A model generated the notes under the pieces. The model saw only the letters and a list, made by a program, of their open reading frames with translations. It ran no database searches and was not told the origin of the DNA. A stretch of 64,000 nt of DNA, taken from NCBI GenBank assembly GCA_964291405.2, contig OZ219926.1, positions 2,176,001-2,240,000 of the forward strand, read 5' to 3'. Source of the DNA: Thermodesulfobacteriota bacterium (lineage in GTDB: Bacteria > Desulfobacterota > Binatia > Bin18). This document shows positions 16,934-29,700 of this stretch, one piece after another. Position 1 is the stretch's first letter. Each line of letters starts with the position of its first letter. The position numbers and the translations under genes were made by a program.

Positions 16934-18682
16934 TTGGCATCAGCCCCCTTAAACGAACACATCCGCTACGAGCCGGACGAGAAGTGCCCGCCACTATCGT
17001 CCTTCGTCGTCGGCATACAGGGCATAATGCTCATGCTCCCACCCACGATTTCGGTAGTGGTCGTTACCGTTCTGGCGGCCGGTCAGGGCGAAGAGTATCT
17101 CATGGGGGCGATGTTCGCCGTGCTGATAATCGTAGGGATAGTCACCGCGCTGCAAGCCTCCAGGATAGGTCGACTGGGCGCCGGGCACCTGGTCGTTACG
17201 GGAGTTACGCCCAACTACATCCCGTTAGCGGTACTTGCCCTGGATGAGGGCGGACCGGCCATGTTGGCGAGCCTAATGGTCGTTTCCGCGCTCTTTTTCT
17301 TTGCGGTGGCGACATGGCTTCCGCAATTACGGCGCGTGATTACGCCGACCGTGTCAGGTACGGTCCTGATGCTGATAGCCGTGATTACGCTACCGTTCTG
17401 TTTGGATCGATTCAACGAAGTACCGGAGGGCGCGCCGGCATTCGCCGGGCCGTGCGTGGCTGCGGTAACGCTGATTGTATCCACGGCGCTAGTGCTGCGC
17501 GCGCCGCGGCGCTGGCGTCCGTGGTCCATGCTGATCGGATTCGTTTCCGGCTGTGTTGCTGCCGGGCTGTTGGGAGTGTATGACCTGGAACGGCTGTCCA
17601 CCGCACCGTGGATCGGCATTCCCCAAGTCGGTTTTCAAGGGCTGGACCTGACACCGAGTGCCGGGTTCTGGGCACTGCTGCCGATGTTCCTGATTGTCAC
17701 CCTCGTGCAGGCGATCAAGGGCATTGGTGATAATGTGGTGATTCAACGGGTGTCGCGGCGCAGACCAAGAGCGACCGATTTTCGACTGCTTCAGAGCTCG
17801 ATTTACGCGAATGGGTTAGGCATTCTGCTCTCGGGTCTTGCGGGAACGCCGCCTGCATCGTCCTATTCGTCATTCACGACATCGGTCGTGAACATGACGG
17901 GGGTCGCCGCCCGCAATGTTGGGTACGCCATAGCGGTCATCCTCCTGGGACTGGCATTGCTGCCAAAATTAACGGGGGCCCTGCTCACCATACCCAGCCC
18001 AGTGGTGGGCGCATTCCTCTTGACCGCGCTAGGTATATTTTTTGTCGAGGGATTACAGACTATCGTGCGGGACGGACTCGACCTTCAAAAGTCCCTTGTG
18101 GTCGGCCTGTCGTTCGCGATTGGTGCCGGGCTACAACAACAGAACATTCTTGAGGGTTTGTTGGGGCATCCGTGGGGCGTGCTGCTTGGGAATGGCATAA
18201 CAGCTGGCGCGGTAACGGCAATGGCGCTTACCGTCTTCCTGAATATGACCGGTGCGCGTCCCAAGCGGCTGGAGACTCAGCTGGACTTTTCCGACCTGCC
18301 ACGAATTGACGCCTTCATGCAGGAAGTCGCAGCCGATATGGGCTGGAGCGATGCAGCGACCCAGCGTCTGCGTTCGGCGGGCGAAGAGACGCTGTCGAGC
18401 CTGTTACAGCCGGGTAACGAATACCCCGCGGACATGGGGGCTGACAAGACGCCGCGCCTGATCATAGTCGCGCGTCCCGAGGGCGGAGCGGTGGAGATGG
18501 AATTCGTCTCGGCGCTGGAGGGCGAGGAGAACCTGGAGGACCGTCTGGCGTATCTGAACGACGAGGACGAAAGCGTGGACGAGAGGGAAATGTCGTTCCG
18601 CCTGCTGCGTCATTATGCCGCATCGGTGCGCCACCAGAAGTATCATGGGATGGACATCGTGACGGTACGGGCCGAAGCCTAA
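16934..18682 (+). CDS. supE: NCS2 xanthine/uracil permease-like protein with C-terminal degenerate HATPase-like domain (SupE-like)
   Basis: IRYEPDE N-terminus and many TM helices with an NCS2 layout; soluble C-tail. GGGAGG RBS before TTG 16934; sup context. Confidence 0.8.
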   Translation: MASAPLNEHIRYEPDEKCPPLSSFVVGIQGIMLMLPPTISVVVVTVLAAGQGEEYLMGAMFAVLIIVGIVTALQASRIGRLGAGHLVVTGVTPNYIPLAVLALDEGGPAMLASLMVVSALFFFAVATWLPQLRRVITPTVSGTVLMLIAVITLPFCLDRFNEVPEGAPAFAGPCVAAVTLIVSTALVLRAPRRWRPWSMLIGFVSGCVAAGLLGVYDLERLSTAPWIGIPQVGFQGLDLTPSAGFWALLPMFLIVTLVQAIKGIGDNVVIQRVSRRRPRATDFRLLQSSIYANGLGILLSGLAGTPPASSYSSFTTSVVNMTGVAARNVGYAIAVILLGLALLPKLTGALLTIPSPVVGAFLLTALGIFFVEGLQTIVRDGLDLQKSLVVGLSFAIGAGLQQQNILEGLLGHPWGVLLGNGITAGAVTAMALTVFLNMTGARPKRLETQLDFSDLPRIDAFMQEVAADMGWSDAATQRLRSAGEETLSSLLQPGNEYPADMGADKTPRLIIVARPEGGAVEMEFVSALEGEENLEDRLAYLNDEDESVDEREMSFRLLRHYAASVRHQKYHGMDIVTVRAEA

Positions 18683-18724
18683 GGGCGGCTTGGATTGGCG
18701 AGCCACCTCAAGGGATGGGTCGAA

Positions 18725-19645
18725 TTAGCCGGCGATAATCGGCTCGATGAACTCCAGCATTGTCTTGACGCACTCCTGTGGCTGTTCCAAAAGAAGAAAG
18801 TGCGTCGCGTCAGGCAAGAAGTCATAATCTACAGTGAAGACATCGCTCAGGTCGAGCGACGGCAAGTATGAGAATGGCAAGGTCGGGTCAGCCCCGATGA
18901 CTTTCGTCGGACACAGAAGCGACTGAAAGTCCACGAGCACGGCAAAGGGAGTGGCGTAGTCTATGATCTGCGCCTCATACTCAGGAGGGCAGCGCAGTTC
19001 ATACCCCTCTCCGTTCGCCCGCTCACGCAGGGTTGTTCTGGAAAACAGATCGAATACCCCCGGCACCGTGCGCTGGAAGTGTGGTGCGTGGGTAAGAAGC
19101 TCCGCCATTTGTTGCGGGGTTTGAAAGCGATTCGTGCGTCGGCGGGTCATTTTGGCCAGGCGGATTGCTATATCTTCAAAATCCTTATAGCTCCGGCCGG
19201 GCTTGCATAGCGGCGGGTCGAACAGAACGCGCGCAGCAAAGTTGCTGCCCTTGTTGGGTGACAGCAGCGTCGCCAGAGCCGAAATCGAGTGGAATACACC
19301 TATTTGGGTCTTCGTCCCATAGTGACGGTCGATAGCCTCAAGAACCGTGTCGTGGTCCTGCACTAATGTTGGAACATTATGGTTTCGGAGATTGCTGACG
19401 GTATTCCAGCCATGATTTCTGAGGTCGTAGAGTATCAGGTCGAAATCGTCGGTCAGGAGCGACCAGAAAGGGTAATACAGGTCGATTGCAAGACCGTTGC
19501 CGTGGTTCAGAACGAGCCGCGGGCCGGACGGATTTCCGTGTTGCCGCAGCGTAATGACGGTGTCGTCGTCCACGCGCACATCGTGAGTGGAAAGCGGCGC
19601 GGGCAACTCCCATACGGTTTGTGAAGTCATTGACAAATCCCTCAT
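18725..19645 (-). CDS. supD: Alpha/beta hydrolase (SupD-like)
   Basis: HGNG oxyanion motif, YDLRNHG, FHSIS nucleophile elbow and catalytic H in ATHF; operon position. Confidence 0.82.
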   Translation of the reverse strand: MRDLSMTSQTVWELPAPLSTHDVRVDDDTVITLRQHGNPSGPRLVLNHGNGLAIDLYYPFWSLLTDDFDLILYDLRNHGWNTVSNLRNHNVPTLVQDHDTVLEAIDRHYGTKTQIGVFHSISALATLLSPNKGSNFAARVLFDPPLCKPGRSYKDFEDIAIRLAKMTRRRTNRFQTPQQMAELLTHAPHFQRTVPGVFDLFSRTTLRERANGEGYELRCPPEYEAQIIDYATPFAVLVDFQSLLCPTKVIGADPTLPFSYLPSLDLSDVFTVDYDFLPDATHFLLLEQPQECVKTMLEFIEPIIAG

Positions 19646-19674
19646 CTTTCTGGCGGGTTACCGTTCAGCCTACG

Positions 19675-20403
19675 TCATTCCTGATCGTCGAATTGGGACG
19701 GGAGGAACTCGTGTGCGATGGCTGCGGAGAACTCCTCGTTGCCAATGTATTCAACGCGCCAACGCACTTCCGGCAGTTGTGGGAAGCGAAATAGGCTCAT
19801 CCTCCCCTGACGCAAGGCTGATGGCACTTCAAACTGGGATACGTCAAAGGAAAATCCCGTTCCAAGAGCCTTGATCAGCGCTTCCTTGATGGTCCAGAGT
19901 CTGAAGAAGGGTTGAACCTTATCGCATCCACGCGCGAATGCAATGATGGACTGTTCATGAGGACCAAACACGGCTTCACTCAGCTCGTCAAAATCCCTGC
20001 GGGCAACGCGCTCCTCCACATCCACGCCCAGCCGTCCCTGGGGAGCAAATGCTATCAAGCCATGCTGGCCGCTGTGACTGAGGTTGAAGCTGATGGTAGC
20101 CGGCACATTGTCCACTAATGCAAACGGCTTTCCATAGGAGGATGAACCAAAGGTAAGGCGTTCATTGCTGCAACCGAGTTGGCGGCAGAGGACGGCCCGA
20201 AGCGCCGCACGACACAGGGCAAACCTGCGACGAGAGCCCGGGAGCGGATATTGACGCCAGCGCGCCCGTTCTTCCTCCTTCAGCCACAACAAGGATGACG
20301 CCTCACGGCTGGCATGAGGCGTCAGATCTACGTGTATAACCGTAGCGGAACCGACTTCGCGGAAGAACCTCCACCAGCACCTTGCAGCGGAAGCGGACAT
20401 CAA
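19675..20403 (-). CDS. supC: 4'-phosphopantetheinyl transferase (Sfp type, SupC-like)
   Basis: YGKP, FNLSHS, LGVDVE and WTIKEALIKALGTG motifs. Confidence 0.92.
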   Translation of the reverse strand: MMSASAARCWWRFFREVGSATVIHVDLTPHASREASSLLWLKEEERARWRQYPLPGSRRRFALCRAALRAVLCRQLGCSNERLTFGSSSYGKPFALVDNVPATISFNLSHSGQHGLIAFAPQGRLGVDVEERVARRDFDELSEAVFGPHEQSIIAFARGCDKVQPFFRLWTIKEALIKALGTGFSFDVSQFEVPSALRQGRMSLFRFPQLPEVRWRVEYIGNEEFSAAIAHEFLPSQFDDQE

Positions 20404-20432
20404 AATGCCAGTTACCCCCGCAAGGGTAAGTG

Positions 20433-20675
20433 TTAAGAGGCGTTAGCTTCCAGGTACGTTATCAAGTCCCTGAAGCTCTTTATCTCCGCGCCCTTTTCAT
20501 CGGTGAATGGCGGGACGTTAAACTCGCGCGCGACTACCTTGCCAAAGGCAATGATATCCAGAGAGGAAAGACCCAGGTCAAAAAGATTCTTGCTCGGATC
20601 CAGATTTAGTGGCTTCCCATCCACTTCCAAGTTTTCGTCCGCGAGTTGTCTCAGGCGCTCTTCAATTGAAGCCAT
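20433..20675 (-). CDS. supB: Stand-alone acyl carrier protein (SupB-like)
   Basis: 80 aa, acidic, with LFDLGLSSLD Ser motif; GGAGG RBS. Confidence 0.88.
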   Translation of the reverse strand: MASIEERLRQLADENLEVDGKPLNLDPSKNLFDLGLSSLDIIAFGKVVAREFNVPPFTDEKGAEIKSFRDLITYLEANAS

Positions 20676-20779
20676 AATAGTCCTCCATTCGAGAGTTTAG
20701 AATAATACAGTCGGTATCAATAATAGGTGCTCACGTCAATCAAAATTCCTAAAGCTTGCTGCATGACACAGCGTCTCAA

Positions 20780-23700
20780 TTACACCCAGTGACGCCTGCG
20801 CTGGAACGGATAGCTCGGCAGCGAGATGCGGCGGCGCGACTCCCCGGCAAACATGCCGTCAAAGGCAGGCGTCAGCCCCGCCTCGTATGCTCCCGCAACC
20901 GCCTCCACAAACCCAGTTCCACCCTCTGAATCCGCGTCGGATGGTTGCATCAGACTCGTAAGCACCAGCGGCACGCGGGCAGCTTCTTCTCCGTCCGCTG
21001 AGTCCGGCCATTCAAGACTCACCCGCGGCCCTAAGACCGCGTTGGGGCCAATCTCTACCACTGTATCCACTCCCAGCTCGGCAAGCGTGCGGACACACGC
21101 GCTGAACGCCTCAGTCTCGCGCGCCTGCGCGCGCCAGTACGCCCCGTCGAGTGGACTGTCCGCATCCACAACTCGCCCCGTGATACCGCTCACCAGAGTC
21201 AGGGACGGCGGCGAGAGCGTAACATCTGTGAATGCTGCTTCCAGACCGTTCAGGGACTGGTTCGGGTCCACTCCCGGCAGCGCCGCCATCAGCGTGCCGC
21301 GCGTCAAGGTGAAGCGCAATCCGTCCTCTAAGGTGAAGACTCCCGCCGCCCGTGCCGCGGCAATCTCGCCCGTACCGGATCCCAGCGCGATATCCGGGCG
21401 GAGCCCAACGCTCGCCCACAGCGCCGTCAGCGCACACTCCAGCGCATAGAGAGCCGGCTGCGTCCAAGCCGCGGCATGCAAATCACCCGTGGCTTCGGTG
21501 CGTCCGAACATCACATCCAGTAGCGACTCTCCCCTCTCTGCACACACCACGGCGTCGCAGCGATCCAGAACGGAGCGCACTACCGGCTCGCGGTCGTACA
21601 AAGCTTCGCCCATGCCAACCCACTGGCTGCCATCATCTGTGTACACGAAGGCAACTCTCGTCGCAGATCGTGGCTCCGGCTTATCGGCCGCACCGTCGGC
21701 TTCCGTCAGTTTCGTCAGCCCCTTCCGCAGAGACTGCACGTCCCGGAACACCACAGCGGCGCGATGGTCGAAATGGCTACGTCCAACACCCGCCGTCCAC
21801 GCCATATCAGCAAGGGCAGGCGCTTCAGGCGACGACTCAGCAACGCGCTCGTCGAGCCACGACAGGTACTGCTTCGCCAAGTCCCGAAGTGCGCCATCCG
21901 TTTTGCCCGACAGTGGCAGAAAGCGCACTGCGCGCTCCGTTAGTCCGTCCATAGCCATCGGCAGGTGCGCAACCGGCTCAGGCAGGGAAGCGGGCACCTG
22001 CCGCGGGACACTCGCAAACGATTGTATTCCAACGCTTGTGCCGTAATCGTCTGCCGCGCCTCTGTAGCCTTCCATCACAATATGCGCGTTTGTGCCGGAA
22101 ATACCGAACGCGCTCACTGCCGCGCGCGGCGGTCTGTCGGGATAAAACGGCCAGTCGGTCTTTTCGGAAGTCACCCGCACGGGCAGTCGGTCCCACTCGA
22201 TTTGTGGATTCGGATTCTCGAAGTGCAGATGTTCCGGAATGACGCCCTGCTTCATGGCAAGCACGGTCTTTATCAGACCGGCAACGCCTGCTGCCGCCTC
22301 CAGATGTCCGATGTGCGACTTTACCGTGCCCATCAGCAGCGGGCGGTCGGCTTCGCGCCCTCTGCCATACACCGAACCTACTGCGTAGACTTCAATCGCA
22401 TCCCCCAATTGGGAGCCTGTAGCGTGCGCTTCGAGATAGTCGACGTCCGCCCCCGTGAAGCCCGTCCGAGCAAGCGCAGCCTCCATGACACGCTCCTTCG
22501 CCGGACCGTTCGGGATAATCAGTCCCGCGCTCGCCCCGTTCTGGTTGACGGCGGAACCCTTGATAATACCCCAGATACGGTCGCCATCAGCCTCCGCCTC
22601 GCTCAACCGTTTCAAAACGACTATTCCACAGCCCTCGCCGCGCACATAGCCGTCCGCAGACGCATCGAAGGGACTGCACTGTCCCCTCGGCGACAACATC
22701 CCGACCTCCATCATGAACCTGGAAACCGCGGGTGAAAGCACCGCCTGCACGCCTCCGGCGAGGGCCAAGTCTACCTCGTCCCGCTGTAGCCCTGCGACGG
22801 CTTGATGGACCGCAGCCAACGACGATGCGCACGCCATGTCTATGGCCATTGCCGGGCCTTCCAGACCCAGAGCGAATGCGACCCGTCCTGCGGTGACGCT
22901 TGCGGTTGTGCCGAGGTAGCTGTCTGCCTTGCCACTTCCTTCGATCAAGTCTCGGTATTCGCTACCGCCGACTCCGGCGTACACTCCGGTGCGGCTGCCC
23001 CGCAGCCCTTCGGGGTCGATGCCCGCGTCTTCAAGAGCCTGCCAACTCGTTTCCAGCATCATCCGCTGTCGCGGATCCATCAAGCGCGCTTCTATCGGCG
23101 CAATGCGGAAGAAGCGCGAGTCGAACCACTCTATGCCTTCAACGAACGCGCCGTGTAGATGGGCCGCATCCTCTCCATCCGGGTCTCCAGCAGCACTGCT
23201 CCACGAACCGCCGTCCGGGCGCCCGTTGGTAATCGCAGCGGTGCCTGATTCCAACAGATGCCAGTATTCGGAAAGGTCCTTTGCTTGAGGGAAACGGCAA
23301 GACATGCCGACTATTGCTATGTCGTCATCCTCGGTGGCGACCGGCGCGCGTGGTTCAGGAACGGTTATCTCTGGCGCTGACGTAGCCCCACCGCTCGCGC
23401 CAAGTTGATCGAGTTCGTCCGCCAGATGGCGGGCGAGCGCCGTGATGTCCGGGTAGTCGAAAATAGCCGTGTTGGAGACGACATACTCGCCGGCGAATGC
23501 ACGATTAAGCCGGTTTCTCAGTTCCACCGCCATGAGCGAGTCCATTCCCAGATCGAAGAAGCCAACCGAGGGCGAGGGCAAGGGCGTACTGGGCAGCCTC
23601 ATCACCGCTTGCAGTTCCTTTTGCAGGAACGACACCAAGATGTCCTCTGAATCGGTTCGCTGCGAGACTCGCAGTTGCGACAACAGGTCTTCTGAGGGAT

Positions 23701-26700
23701 CCTCCGCTGCGTCGTTCGCGCCTGCAGATGTGGCTAACAATTCTTCCAGGAAGGGTGAAGACTCATCGTCATTCTCGGCGAATGTCGGCCAGTCCACTGC
23801 GGCGACCATGCCGACAGGCACATCCTGCCGCACCAGCGTCTCGAGCGCTCTCAATCCCTGCTGCGGCGTTATCCAGCCCGTCCCCGCTGCCTCCAGTTGC
23901 CTTTCGATGCGCTCGCGCTGTTCCTCCGCTTCGCCAAGTTCCGACCACGCGCCCCACGCTACCGACTGACCGGGGAGACCCAGCGCGCGGCGGTGCCCGG
24001 CAAGCTGGTCGAGGAATGCGTTAGCCGCCGCGTGGTTCGCCTGGCCTGCGTTGCCCATAACGCCCGCCACGCTGGAGAACAGGACGAACATGTCCAAATC
24101 CCTGTGCGTGGTCGCGCGGTGCAGATGCCATGCACCAAGCATCTTCGGCCAAAGGACCTGCTGGAAACTGTCCCAACTCTGGTTTGTCAGGACGGCATCC
24201 GACAGCACGCCCACGCTGTGTATAATGCCAGCGAGAGGCGGTAGAGTCGCATCGATACGCTCCAGCATCGCGTCTACCGCCGCCGTGTCCGTCACATCTG
24301 CAATCTCAATCTGCACCGTCACGCCACGTTCGCGTAACGCACCGATAGCTTCTACGGCCTCGGGGTCGGGGTCGCGTCGGCCGTTCAGTACGATTGCTCC
24401 TGCGCCCCGTTCTGCCAGCCAGCCAGCCAGAGCGCAGCCGATACCGCCAAGCCCGCCCGTTACGAGGTAGGTCCTGTCCCCTCGCAGCTGTCCCGTCTCC
24501 AGCGCCGAGTTCGTCAGCACGATCTTGCCGATGTGCCGCGCCGCACGCATAAATTTCATCGCCGGTCCTGCTTCGCCCATCGGCCACCTGGTGTGGATAA
24601 TCGGCGCCAGTTCTCCAGCCGCCACTCGTTTCATTACGGTCTTCAGGGCTGCTCCCGGCCGTTCCGGATCGTGCTCTTTCAGAGTATCCAACTCCAGGAT
24701 GTGGTAATCCACATCCGGGCGCGCGGCGGTCATTTCTTCCTCGCTGTAGATGTTCACTCTGGCCAACTCGATGAACCGGCCGCCATGCGCGAGGCAGGAC
24801 AGACTCGCCTCGATAAAGCCCTCTCCAGTCAGGCTGTTCAACACCACATGAACGCCTTCACCACCAGTGGCTTCGAGGATTTCCTGGCCAAACTTCGTCT
24901 GCCTACTGTCGAAGACATGCTTCACACCCAGCGAGTGCAGATACGCCTGTTTCGGCGCGCTTGCCGTGGCGAACACTTCCGCGCCCGCGGCGTGCGCAAG
25001 CTGGATAGCTGCCAGTCCTACACCGCCCGCGCCCGCGTGAATAAGCACTCGCTCGCCCGCCTTCAGCTTTGCCAGATCGTATGACAACGCGGCAGAAACG
25101 AACACGGTCGGCATAGTGGCAAGCTGTGGAGTCGGGACATCCGGCGGCGCGAGCGCAACCATCTCCTCCCGCATGACCGCCTCTGAACCGAAAGCGCCGA
25201 ATGCCAGCGCAACTACGCGATCACCCACGGACACACTCGTGACATCGGAACCGACTTCAAGGACATGTCCGCACATCTCGCCGCCCAGGATACCCTCATC
25301 GATAAGACCGAGAGAACGGAACACATCCCAGAAGTTCAATCCGGAAGCCCCCACAGCCACACGCACTTCTCTCGGTTCGAGGGAACGCTCCGGTGAGTCC
25401 AGCACGTGCAGTCCTTCGAGCGTGCCGCCCGCGTCCGGCTCCAGGAACCAGCGCGACTCTTCCGGCAGGGTCAGCCGCTCCGTATCAGCGCCGGTACGAA
25501 CGAGACGTGCCGCCTGACGGAGTCCCAAGCGGTAGGCGATGTGAGTCTCGGAGTCAGGGTACATCAGCTCATTGACGAGGTCGGACAGCGGCACGGCATT
25601 CGCGGGGTCAAGGTCGATCATCCGCGGTTGCAGATGGGGCGCTTCCCGTGCCACTACCTTACCGAAGCCCCATAGCATCGCCCCGATCAGTTGACCGAGA
25701 TGCTCCCGCTCCAGCACCTGACCGCCGCGCGTGATGAACCACACGCCCTTCGCAGGTGTCGCATCCGCGTCCATAACGCCCTGCACGAGCGCCAATGCGC
25801 TCCCGCCCGCTTGCCTCGCGTCCTCGCCCAACTCTTCGGTGGTAGCATCCTCGCCGTGCCCGTCCAGCGCCGCAAAATGCACAACACCGCTGAGGGGCAC
25901 CTCCGCGGGCAGACCTTCGAGTAATGAGCGCCACGATTCGCGGCTCTGCATCTCCACGGCCGCCTTAATCACTGCGCGATCCTTTTCCGATGATTCCCCG
26001 TCTGATTGCGCGTGGTCGCCCACCAGCACGACGGTCTGGTTGTGCGCCGCCAGTTCCGCTGCCAGCTCATCTGCCACGCCGTATTGATCACCTGCGAGAA
26101 CCCATACTCCTGTCGCCTCCTTCACCTCCGCAGGTCCCTGCGCCAGTATCACACCTCTGTCCGGTGTGCTGGTCGCGTCAGACTCCCCCCCTCCCAATAT
26201 CTCCACTTCACCGAAACCCGCATCGCCGAGCGCCTGTCGCCAGATTGCGGGGCTGGCCAGTGCATGGTGCGGACGGTAGTCGTCAGCAAAGCGCCACCAG
26301 CCGTCCAACTGCCCGAAAGTCAAATCCTGCCAGCCCTGACCGCGAAGGTTCTCAAGCGCCACCAACTGGCCCGATGGCGCGAGTAGCGCGCGACAGTGGG
26401 CCAGCGTCTCATTCAGGTAGCGTGTGGCGTGCAGCACATTGGAGGCAATGACCAAGTCATAGCCATGAAGATCAAAGCCTTGCTCGATAGGTGCCTTCTC
26501 GATATCCAGCACTCGGTATTCGATTGACCCGTCGCTCCCTCCGAAACGCGCCTCAGCTTCCGCGAAGAAGCCGGCCGATATATCAGTATATGTGTAATCA
26601 AAGCGACCGACCGGCAGCTCGGGCAGCACCGCCGCCGTCGCCGCTCCCGTACCGGCACCGACCTCCAACACGCGCAGCCTTCGGCCTTCCGGCAAGTCGT

Positions 26701-29700
26701 CCAGGAGCGCCGCAATCGTGTTCCCCAGCATGCGGTTCGCCGCACGCGCAACCGGCGATTTTAAGTACAGGTCGCCGGCGGTCGGCTCTCCACTACTGAA
26801 CAGGAGCGTCAACGGGTCCGCTTGCCCGATGAGGACATCAGCAAGAGCGGCACCGCACCGCCTGAATAGTCCGACTTCGGTCGCACCATGCCAGTATCGC
26901 GCATTCATTTCGTCTGCAAACGCATCGGGATTGTGCGGCATATCATCCGGCAGCGGGTCGTCTTGCCCAACCTTCACGACAAACCCATCGCCCGCTTCCT
27001 CCATCACCCTCGCTCTGACGAGCAGCTCGAACATACGGCGAAACACACGCTGGTGTTCCGGCAGGACATTCAGCCCGTGCTGCACGGCTTCCGGCTCAAC
27101 GAATTCGCCGACCTTGCGTGCCCACCCCAGTTGCTCCAGCGCCGCGAGCGCATAGAACCACGACAGTCGCTCAAGATCATTCAGCAGGTCGACGCGCTCA
27201 TCGGCTTCTACGCCTTCATCTGCCAGATACTCGGTGAACGGCATCGAGCGGGCGGCAATGCTTGTCGGACTCGTAAGGAAGTCGGCTGAGGGCATTCCGT
27301 CTGCAAGGGCGCGGTCGCGCCAGACAATTTCGTATAAGAGGTCTTGCAGCCCTTCCGCCGCCGAGAGCAACGCCGCGCGAGTAGCGCGCTTCACGATGTA
27401 TCCGCTCAATCCGCCAAGCTCGACACCGTCCGACGTGTAGAACAGGAGGTCGCCGCTCAGCACCTCCGGCGTCTCGTTCCGTCCATCGTCCTCAGACGTG
27501 TCGCGGGCGCTCTCCCGCAAGCGGGCGTGACAGATGAGACGTTCCGGCAGCTGCTGCCTCAGCCACAGGTGTTCCCATCCGAAAGGCAGGTAGGTTATCT
27601 CGTCCTCGCCTCTGGCGGAATGGCGTGCCGCCGACAGCACCTGGAAGCACCCATCGAGCAGAACCGGATGCAGGTGGAGACCGCTGCTGTCAACGGCTGC
27701 CGGCAGGGCTACCTCGCCAATCGCCTCACCATTGGCTGCCCACAGGCCCTGAAGCGTGCGGAACGTTGGTCCGAGGTGGATGTTGGATTCCGCCCGCGCG
27801 CGATAGAACGCCGCCACATCCTGCGGCTCCATACCCGACTTCAAGCCGTCCACGTCGATGCGATTGACAGTCCCGCGCGTCCTGCCTCCAAGCGAAACCT
27901 TGCCCTCGGCGTGAAGCGACCAGCCCTCTTCGGATTCGCCCTTGCTGAATATCTCGATATGCCGTGTATTCCCGTTCTCGGACGTACTCAGTACGGCCTG
28001 AATTTTTCGCCCAGCTTGCTCGGTGTCGTCCGCACCGTCCTCCTCGGCAAAGACCAGCGCGCTGTGCAGTTGCAAATCCTCCACATCCACCGATTGTGCG
28101 CCTTCGGACAGCGACGCTGCTGCTGCCATAACGCCATACAACGCACCCGGCATTATCACCCGCCCGAAGACGCGATGGTCGTTCAGCCAAGACGGGTCGG
28201 AAGGGAACATTTCCGTCTCGAACATCACCTCGCCGTGTGGCGACTCGTGCCTTATACCCAGCAGAGGATGCCCGGCGGCCGCGCGTCTGCGCCTTGGCGC
28301 ATCAATCCAGTGCCGTGCACGCTGGAAGGGATAACCCGGCAGCTCAACCCGGCGTCGCTCCTCTCCCGCGAACAGCCCATCGAATGCAAGCGTCAGCCCC
28401 GCTTCGTATGCTCCCGCAACGGCGTCCATGAAGCCATCGTCATGGTCTGACGGAAGGACATCCGTCGATGGGCGCAGCATACTCTCAAGGACGGTGGGGT
28501 CTTTCGCGTCATCCGTCACGCCAGACCAGACAAGAGAAACCAGTGGACCGAGCACGGCGTGGGGACCCACTTCTATAACCAGATCGACGCCCAGTTCCGC
28601 CAGAGTTCCGACGCCTTTGCGAAACTGCACAGCCTCTCGCGCATGACGACGCCAGTATTTGCCATCGAGGATTTCATCCGGCGCAACAACACTACCCGTT
28701 ACATTGCTCACCAGAGCCACGGACGGCGGCGAGACCGTAACATCCTGATACGCCTCTTCCAATGCATCCAGCGCGGGCTCCACCAAAGCACTGTGGAAGG
28801 CCTGATTTCTGGTCAACGGCCTGACGGTAATCTCTTCGGCCTCGAAACGCTCCGATACCGTCTGAACTGCCGCGCTGGGACCGCTAATGACCTGATGAAT
28901 ACCGTTGTCAACCGCGATACTCAGGTCCATGCCGTCGGATGACGCATTGTACTCATCAACCGCCGCCGCCACTTGATCCTCTGAAGCGAACACCGCCGCC
29001 ATTGTGCCGAACTCAGGAACTGACGAAAGCAGGACACCGCGTTTTGCAACAAACCTCAGACCTTCTTCCAACTCGAACACACTGGCAGCCTGCGCCGCTG
29101 CAAACTCGCCGAGGCTGTGCCCGATGACCACGCCCGGTTCAACTCCGATGCTACGCCATAGTGCGGTCAGCGCGCACTCCAAGGCATAGACGGCGGGCTG
29201 TGCCCAAGCGGTATCGTTCAGGTCGCCTTCGCTGCCGAACATCACATCTAGCAGCGAAGTGCCTCGCTCCTCCAATATGACCTGCTCGCACCGGTCGAGA
29301 ACGGCGCGCACCACCGGCTCGCACTCGTACAGAGTCTTGCCCATGCCCATCCACTGGCTACCCTGCCCCGTGTACACGAAAGCCACTTTCGTCGCCGCTG
29401 CCGCCTCCGCACCACCGTCACCATCCGCAACCGCCTTCAGCCCGGCGCGCAGCGACTCGGCGTCCCTGAAAGCAACACCCGCACGGTGAGCGAATTGGCT
29501 GCGCCCAACGCCCGCCATCCACGCCAGGTCCGAGAGGAAGGGAGAAGCTGCCAGGTCTGTGGGTTCCAAGTCTGTGGCGCGCTCGTCAAGCCATGCAAGG
29601 TAGCGTTCCGCCAGCTCTCGCAGGGCATTGTCCGTCTTGCCTGACAGAGGAAGTAGACGTGTGGCACGCACAGCGGGTGCTTCCGCCGCCGAGTCTGAGG

